From positions 576,001 to 640,000 of the forward strand of contig OZ219872.1 in the NCBI GenBank assembly GCA_964291495.2: DNA of 64,000 bases. Reading direction: 5' to 3'. Under the pieces are notes generated by a model, which saw nothing but the letters and a program-made list of their open reading frames with translations, ran no database searches and was not told the origin of the DNA. Shown here piece by piece: positions 55,917 through 64,000 of the stretch (the first letter of the stretch is position 1; the number at the start of each line of letters is the position of its first letter). A program made the position numbers and the translations under genes. Source of the DNA: Dehalococcoidia bacterium (GTDB lineage Bacteria > Chloroflexota > Dehalococcoidia > UBA2979).

Positions 55917-56639
55917 GTGAATCGCCCCGCCCGCCCCTCGGACCAGTCCGCCTCGTCTGTCTTCGTCGAGCTGCCCGGCGGAGCGTTCCGCATGGGCTCG
56001 CTGGAGCGGCCCGACGAGCAGCCGATCCGCGTCGTGCGCCTCGACCCGTTCGCCGTCGCCGTAGCGCCGGTCACGAATGCCGCCTACGCGGCGTTCCTCG
56101 AGGCCAGCGGGAACGAGCCGCCACGCTTCTGGGACGATCCGCGCTTCAACGCGGCCGATTGCCCGGTCGTGGGCGTCTCCTGGTTCGACGCGGTCGCCTA
56201 CTGCGAGTGGCTGGGCGGCGTCCTCGGGCGCCGCTGCCGCCTGCCGAGCGAAGCGGAGCGCGAGTACGCCGCGCGCGGCGGCGTCGAGGGCGTGCGCTTC
56301 CCCTGGGGCGACGAGCCGTGGGAGGAGGGGCCGTTCGCCCTCGGCGCCGCGGGGATGGGCCGCCCGCAGCCCGTCGGCTCGTCCCCGCCGAACGGCTTCG
56401 GCCTGTACCACATGGCGGAGAACGTCCACGAGTGGTGCAGCGACTGGTACGCGACCGGCTACGACGCCGACGACCTCGAGAACCCGCGCGGCCCCGCCGA
56501 GGGCCAACGCCGCGCCTCGCGAGGCGGATCCTGGCGGCACCGCGTCAAGGTCACGCGCAGCGCCGCGCGCTCCTCGCTGGCGCCCGAGCGCCGCTACAAC
56601 GACTACGGCTTCCGCGTCTACGCGGACATCGAGGATTGA
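55917..56639 (+). CDS. FGE-sulfatase (SUMF1/EgtB/PvdO-like) domain protein
   Basis: FRMGS, PVTNAAY, PVVGVSWFDA, RLPSEAERE, NGFGLYHMAENVHEW, RGGSW, GFR. Confidence 0.88.
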   Translation: MNRPARPSDQSASSVFVELPGGAFRMGSLERPDEQPIRVVRLDPFAVAVAPVTNAAYAAFLEASGNEPPRFWDDPRFNAADCPVVGVSWFDAVAYCEWLGGVLGRRCRLPSEAEREYAARGGVEGVRFPWGDEPWEEGPFALGAAGMGRPQPVGSSPPNGFGLYHMAENVHEWCSDWYATGYDADDLENPRGPAEGQRRASRGGSWRHRVKVTRSAARSSLAPERRYNDYGFRVYADIED

Positions 56640-56710
56640 CCCGGGCGGCGCGCCTGCTGCCCGACGGAACCTTCGCGTAACCCTCTCCTCAGGGCAGCGA
56701 ACGCATCGCC

Positions 56711-56910
56711 TCCGGTCCCCTCTCCCCGAGGGAGAGCCAGTGCTCTGTGGGGGGAGTCCCCCCACACCCCCCGTGAGGGAGGGTCCGTCCTCCGGGATTG
56801 CGTTGCGCCATCAGGGCTTTCGGAGGCGCGCGGGAGTCCTCCCCCTCACCCCCGCCCTCTCCCCAGGGAGAGGGGGCTGGATCGGGCCTGTGGGAGTTTC
56901 GCAAAGGTCT
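56711..56910 (-). repeat. Second copy of the 20.2-20.4 kb mosaic element, carrying a 36-nt cassette
   Basis: Reverse complement aligns with 20205-20372 (ACTCCCACAGGCCCGATCC, GATGGCGCAACGC), except CCTAACC is replaced by the cassette at 56737-56772. Confidence 0.88.
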
Positions 56911-56911
56911 C

Positions 56912-57946
56912 CTACGGCGTATCGGAGATCAGCGACTCTTCCTCGGTCGGGATGCTGCGCGCGATCACGTCGAGGTAGTCCAGCGCTACCCCCGCGCCGC
57001 GCGCAACGCAGCGGTCCGGCTCGTCCGCGACGTGCACCGGCACGCCGACCTCGTGCATCAGCAGCGAGTCGAGGTGGCGCAGGCGCGCGCCGCCGCCGGT
57101 CAGCACCACGCCGTGGTCGATCACGTCCGAGGCCAGCTCCGGCGGCGTGCGCTCCAGCACCGAGCGCACGGTCTGCACGATGCTGTCGAGGTGCTCCTGG
57201 ATCGCCTGGGTCACCTCGGAGGAGCGCACCGTGACGGTGCGCGGCAGGCCCGTGATCTGATCGCGGCCGCGGACAGCGGCGGTCTCGTCCTGCTCGAGCG
57301 GGATCGCCGAGCCGATGGCGATCTTCAGTTCCTCGGCGGAGCGTTCGCCGATCGTCAGGTTATGTCTCCTCCGCACGTAGAGGGCCACCGCCTCGTTCAG
57401 CCGGTCGCCCGCCACGCGGATCGACTCCGCGGCGACGATCCCGAACATCGAGATCACCGCCGCCTCCGCCCGTCCGCCGCCGATGTTCAGCAGCATGTGG
57501 CCGCGAGGCGACCCGACAGGAATCTCGGCGCCGATCGCGGCGGCCAGCGGCTCCGGGATGAGGTGCGCCGGGCGGCGGCTGCCGGCTGCCTCGGCGGCGT
57601 CGCGCACCGCGCGTTGCTCCACGCGCGTGACCCCGTAGGGCGTGGAAACCATCACCTCCGGACGGACGATCCGGAGGCGGCCCATCACCTCGCCGATCAG
57701 GTAGCGCAGCAGTGCCTCGGTGATCAGGTAGTCGGCGATGGCGCCGTCGCGCATCGGCCGGATCACGCGGATCGTGCCGGGGTGCCGGCCGATCATCTCG
57801 TAGGCCTCGCCACCGACGGCGGCGACGGCGTTCTCGCGCTCGGTCAAGGCGACGACGGCGGGCTCTTCGAGCACGATGCCGCGCCCCCGTTCGGAGACGA
57901 GCACGCGTGCCGTGCCGAGATCGATGCCGAGTCGCTTTGTGAACAT
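56912..57946 (-). CDS. mreB: MreB/Mbl rod-shape-determining actin-like protein
   Basis: GIDLGTA, EPAVVA, RPMRDGAIAD, EPLAAAIGA, IGERSAEELK, GRDQITGLP, LTGGGA. Confidence 0.9.
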   Translation of the reverse strand: MFTKRLGIDLGTARVLVSERGRGIVLEEPAVVALTERENAVAAVGGEAYEMIGRHPGTIRVIRPMRDGAIADYLITEALLRYLIGEVMGRLRIVRPEVMVSTPYGVTRVEQRAVRDAAEAAGSRRPAHLIPEPLAAAIGAEIPVGSPRGHMLLNIGGGRAEAAVISMFGIVAAESIRVAGDRLNEAVALYVRRRHNLTIGERSAEELKIAIGSAIPLEQDETAAVRGRDQITGLPRTVTVRSSEVTQAIQEHLDSIVQTVRSVLERTPPELASDVIDHGVVLTGGGARLRHLDSLLMHEVGVPVHVADEPDRCVARGAGVALDYLDVIARSIPTEEESLISDTP

Positions 57947-58003
57947 TCGCCCGGACGCCCGCGCCCCTGACTGCCGAGGCGCCGCCGCCTCCGGCCTTCG
58001 ACC

Positions 58004-59260
58004 TTAGCGCCTGAACACCGTCGCGCCTAGCGCGGTGAGCCGCTCCTCGATGCGTGGGTAGCCGCGATCGAGGTGCACCAGGTCGCGCACGACGGTCTCG
58101 TCGCTGGCGCAGAGCCCGCCGATCACGACCGCCGCCGCGGCCCGCACGTCGAGCGCCCGCACGGCGCTGCCTACGAGTGGTGTCGGCCCCTCGATGATTA
58201 CGGATTGGCCCCCGGCGGTCATCCGCGCGCCCATCGCGCGCAGCTCGCCGAGATAGAGCAGGCGGTTCTCGAAGACGCGCTCGTGGATCGTCGAGACGCC
58301 CTCGGCCTGGGTGAGGGCGGCGGCCATCGGCGCGTGCAGATCGGTCGGGAAGCCAGGGTACGGCACGGCCTGGAGCTGCACCGCGCGCAGCGGACCGCCG
58401 TCCGCGGGTGGACAGGCGCGCACGTACTCCGAGGTGACCTCGACGCCGGCGCCGGCCTCGCCGAGCTTCGTGAGCAGCGAGTCCAGGTGGTCCGCGCGCG
58501 CGCCCTCGATGGCGACGTCCCCGCCGGTGGCGACGCCGGCCAGCAGGTAGGTGCCGCTCTCGATGCGGTCGGGGATGATCGTGAAGTCGACGCCGTGCAG
58601 GCGCTCGACGCCCTCGACGGTGATCGTGTTCGAGCCGTGCCCGCTGATCCGCGCGCCCATCGCGTTCAGCATCGAGGCGGCCATCGCCACCTCCGGCTCG
58701 GCGGCGGCGTTGACGATCACGGTCTCGCCCTCGGCGAGCGCGGCGGCGAACAGCACGTTCACGGTGCCGAGCACGCTCGGGTAGTCGAGGAAGATACGGG
58801 CCCCGCGGAGGCGGCCGCGCGCGACGAAGTGCTGGCCCTCGCGGCGCACGTCCGCGCCGAGCGCGCGGAAGCCGGCGAGGTGCACGTCGAGCGGGCGGAC
58901 GCCGATCACGTCGCCTCCCGGCGGCGGGGACGCCGCCTCGCCGAAGCGGGCGAGCAGCGGCCCCATCACGAGGAAGGAGGCGCGCAGCGCGATCGCGAGG
59001 TCCTGCGGCGCCGCGGTCTCCGTCACGCCGGAGGCGTCGATCGAGACGTCCTCCCCGTCGACCTCGAAGCTCGCGCCGAGGGCGCGCAGGACGCGGCCCA
59101 TACCCTCGATGTCGGCGATCTCGGGGACGTTGTGCAGGGTGACGGGTTCGGAGGTGAGGAGCGGGGCGGCGAGCGCGTAGAGCGCGGCGTTCTTGGAGCC
59201 GGACGCGGGGAGGCGGCCCCGCAGAGGCCGCCCGCCGTGAATGACCAGTTGCTCACCCAT
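58004..59260 (-). CDS. murA: UDP-N-acetylglucosamine 1-carboxyvinyltransferase (Asp-type)
   Basis: SGSKNAAL, LRAS, PGGDVIGVRP, NAAAEPEV, IPDRIE, PYPGFPTD, FENR, LDRGY. Confidence 0.95.
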   Translation of the reverse strand: MGEQLVIHGGRPLRGRLPASGSKNAALYALAAPLLTSEPVTLHNVPEIADIEGMGRVLRALGASFEVDGEDVSIDASGVTETAAPQDLAIALRASFLVMGPLLARFGEAASPPPGGDVIGVRPLDVHLAGFRALGADVRREGQHFVARGRLRGARIFLDYPSVLGTVNVLFAAALAEGETVIVNAAAEPEVAMAASMLNAMGARISGHGSNTITVEGVERLHGVDFTIIPDRIESGTYLLAGVATGGDVAIEGARADHLDSLLTKLGEAGAGVEVTSEYVRACPPADGGPLRAVQLQAVPYPGFPTDLHAPMAAALTQAEGVSTIHERVFENRLLYLGELRAMGARMTAGGQSVIIEGPTPLVGSAVRALDVRAAAAVVIGGLCASDETVVRDLVHLDRGYPRIEERLTALGATVFRR

Positions 59261-59385
59261 GGGGCCTCCGGCCCCCGCCAATATCAAGGATACGACGCAT
59301 CCCGGCAGGGCGGCGAGGCGGTGGCGTCCGGAGCGCACACTATGGCAATGATGTGTTAGACTCAGCTCACGAAGGACGGGTGGCG

Positions 59386-59550
59386 ATGACCGTGACCTCC
59401 GAGAGCCTGGGCGAGCGCGTCGCACGCATCGAGGGCGCCTACGAGCACCTCGCCACCAAGGCCGACATCGAGCGCCTGAAGTTCCAGCTCTTCGCCGGCA
59501 TGTTCGCCGCGACGGGCATCATCCTCGCCGCGATCCGGCTGTGGGCGTAG
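59386..59550 (+). CDS. Small coiled-coil + TM protein (DUF1640/CCDC90-like)
   Basis: ERVARIEG..HLATKADIERLK followed by one hydrophobic helix. GAAGGA upstream. Confidence 0.6.
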   Translation: MTVTSESLGERVARIEGAYEHLATKADIERLKFQLFAGMFAATGIILAAIRLWA

Positions 59551-59571
59551 CGGCGCCCCCGAAACCCACAC

Positions 59572-60185
59572 CTACGGCAGAGGTAGATACCGCAACAACT
59601 CCGGCAGCCGCGCGATCACGTACAGCAGGATCATCGCGAAGATGAGGGGGCCGAGCAGGGCCGAACGGCCGCGCCGCCGCCTACGCCAGCGCCAGCGGCG
59701 TGGACGCTGCCGCCACTGGCCTTGCGCCTCGAGTCTGCTCCTGTAGCGCCGGAAGTCCCAGGGGCGCATCGGGTCGCGATCGGCCCACACGCCCCGGCCG
59801 CGCCTCCGCGCGCTCTCCTGCGCCTCCCGCAGCACTCGGGCGCGCGGCGCGTACTGCTCGTAGTGGTAGGCCCACCCCGCTCGACCATCGCCCGGTTCAC
59901 CGAAGGCCTGTCACCGCGCTCGTTGCGCAGCACGCCCAACACCCGACCGTACCGGTCGATGCCCGTCACACGCAGCACCAGCCGGCCGCGCGCCAGCCGC
60001 TCGAGGTGCCGCCTCGCCCGCTGCGAGTGCCGCTGCCCGATCTCGGGCGCGTCGATGCCATCGAGCCGCACCTCGATGTTCCGCCGCGATTGCGTGTCGC
60101 GCAGCTCAAGGGAGTCGCCGTCCATGACGCGCAGCATGCGGACGGAAACCTCGTCGCCTTCCCGGTAGGGCGGCGAGGCAGGCAT
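59572..60185 (-). pseudogene. Thermonuclease (SNase) family gene with a one-base frameshift (pseudogene or sequence error)
   Basis: RVMDGDS, VRLDGIDAPE, DRYGRVL, VNRAMVERG in one frame; WAYHYEQY..AQESARRRGRGVW..PWDFR in another; break at the C-run 59875-59878. Confidence 0.82.
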
Positions 60186-60207
60186 GAGCGTCGCAGGCCA
60201 GGACGGC

Positions 60208-60651
60208 CTAGCGCGGAGCGGGCGGGGCTCCCGCGCCGCGCCGGCGGCGGCGGATGCGGATGCGCGCCTCCGCGCGCAGCAGCGAAAGGCGCGCCCGGGC
60301 GAGGTCGACGATCTCGTCGGCGGCCACGTCGCCCTCGAGGCGATGGCGAGCGCGCTCGCGGGCCTCCTCGGCCCGCTCCTCGTCGATCTCGTCCACGCGC
60401 TCGGCGGCGTCGGCGAGCACGGTGACCTCGTCGCGCAGCACCTGGATGAAGCCGCCGTGGACGACGATGTCCTCCTCGCCGTCGCTGCCGACCGCGATCA
60501 ACTCGCCGATGTCGAGGCTGGCCATCAGCGCCGCGTGGCTTGGCAGCACCGTGATCTGGCCCTCGGTGGTGGGCACGATCACGCGCTGCACGTCGTCCCG
60601 ATCGAGGACGGGCTGCTCCGCCGTGACGATTGAGAGCCTGAGCGGGGCCAA
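60208..60651 (-). CDS. atpC: F1Fo ATP synthase epsilon subunit
   Basis: LSIVTAE, EGQITVLPSHA, VHGGF, VLADAAE..EIDEERA; follows atpD. Confidence 0.95.
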   Translation of the reverse strand: MAPLRLSIVTAEQPVLDRDDVQRVIVPTTEGQITVLPSHAALMASLDIGELIAVGSDGEEDIVVHGGFIQVLRDEVTVLADAAERVDEIDEERAEEARERARHRLEGDVAADEIVDLARARLSLLRAEARIRIRRRRRGAGAPPAPR

Positions 60652-60654
60652 GCG

Positions 60655-62133
<1,479 letters not shown>

Positions 62134-63036
62134 TTAGGCCTCGATCGCCGCGGTGCCGCCGACGATGTCGAGCAACTCGCTGGTGATCAGTTCCTGTCGT
62201 GCCTTGTTGTAGGTGAGCGTGAGGTCCGCGACCATGTCGTTCGCCGCGTCGGTGGCGGCGCGCATCGCGACCATCCGCGCCGACTGCTCGGAGGCCGCGG
62301 CCTCGAGGATCGCCTCGAAGACCTGCATCTCCACGTAGCGCGGCAGCAGCGTCTCCAGCAGCGCCTGCGGCGAGGGCTCGAAGATGAAGTCGGCCGCCCC
62401 GCCCATCGACTCGCCCATGTCCTCGGGCGGCTCAATCGGCAGCAGCTGGCGCACGGTCGGCCGCTGCACGGCGGTGTTGATGAACTGCTGGAAGCCGACG
62501 TAGACCTGATCAATCTCGCCGTTGATGTAGTCCTCGGTCACGATCCGCGAGATCGGCAGCGTGTCGCCCATCGTCGGGTAGTCGCCGAGGTCCGTGAACT
62601 CCGCGATCTGCGGGAAGCCGGCGCGGCGGAAGAAGTCGCGCCCCTTGCGCCCGACCGAGATCACCGAGACCCGCTCGACGTGCGGCTGCCGCTCGAGCGC
62701 GAGATTCGCCCCGGCGCGGTTCATGTTCGCGTTGAGGCCGCCGGCGAGCCCGCGGTTGGCGGTGATGTGGATGAACGCGAAGTGCTTGACGTCGCGCTCG
62801 TCCAGCAGCGGGTGCAGCGAGTCGGCGTCGCCGCCGCCGCGCGCCTCGGGCGACCCGGCGAGGCGGGCCAGCACGGCGCGCATGCGCTCCGAGTAGGGTC
62901 GCGCGGCGAGCGCGCGATCCTGGGCGCGGCGCATCTTGGAGGCCGCGACGAGCTCCATCGCCTTGGTGACCTTGGCGGTGTTCTCGACGGATCGGATCCG
63001 CCCTCGGATTGCCCGGACCTGGCCGGCGCCTGGCAT
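62134..63036 (-). CDS. atpG: F1Fo ATP synthase gamma subunit
   Basis: KVTKAMELVAASK, RGLAGGLN, SEQSARMVAMRAATD, YNKARQELIT. Confidence 0.98.
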   Translation of the reverse strand: MPGAGQVRAIRGRIRSVENTAKVTKAMELVAASKMRRAQDRALAARPYSERMRAVLARLAGSPEARGGGDADSLHPLLDERDVKHFAFIHITANRGLAGGLNANMNRAGANLALERQPHVERVSVISVGRKGRDFFRRAGFPQIAEFTDLGDYPTMGDTLPISRIVTEDYINGEIDQVYVGFQQFINTAVQRPTVRQLLPIEPPEDMGESMGGAADFIFEPSPQALLETLLPRYVEMQVFEAILEAAASEQSARMVAMRAATDAANDMVADLTLTYNKARQELITSELLDIVGGTAAIEA

Positions 63037-63083
63037 CTAGCGCTGTCCCCGTTCCCCGCCCTCGAGGGGCCGCTGCGTCGCGC

Positions 63084-64000
<917 letters not shown>

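Overview
A very GC-rich (about 70% by eye) bacterial chromosomal segment. Gene content (many paralogous SDRs, family III CoA-transferases, a luciferase-like monooxygenase, hot-dog dehydratases, amidohydrolases) suggests Chloroflexota/Dehalococcoidia; this is inference, not a database result. Positions 1-51.4 kb are mostly catabolic and accessory genes: an HACL/OXC-type TPP lyase, a Fur-linked Ni/Co ECF transporter, tRNA-Lys(UUU), a thiolase-DUF35 pair, a YeeE/TusA/rhodanese sulfur operon, a CoA-transferase cluster, a large secreted metallopeptidase-like protein and a split NAD-linked formate dehydrogenase whose catalytic subunit is a selenoprotein (in-frame TGA plus SECIS). Positions 52-64 kb are core genes (pabB, pabC-like, rex, mreB-like, murA with Cys-to-Asp, atpAGDC) plus a frameshifted thermonuclease. 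The most unusual signal is non-coding: about 18 copies of a hairpin + four-G-tract REP-like element build mosaic intergenic repeats, and two copies in different backbones carry the same 36-39 nt hairpin cassette in place of the same CCTAACC heptamer, each with an 'empty' counterpart in the window. No CRISPR array, transposase or integrase was seen.
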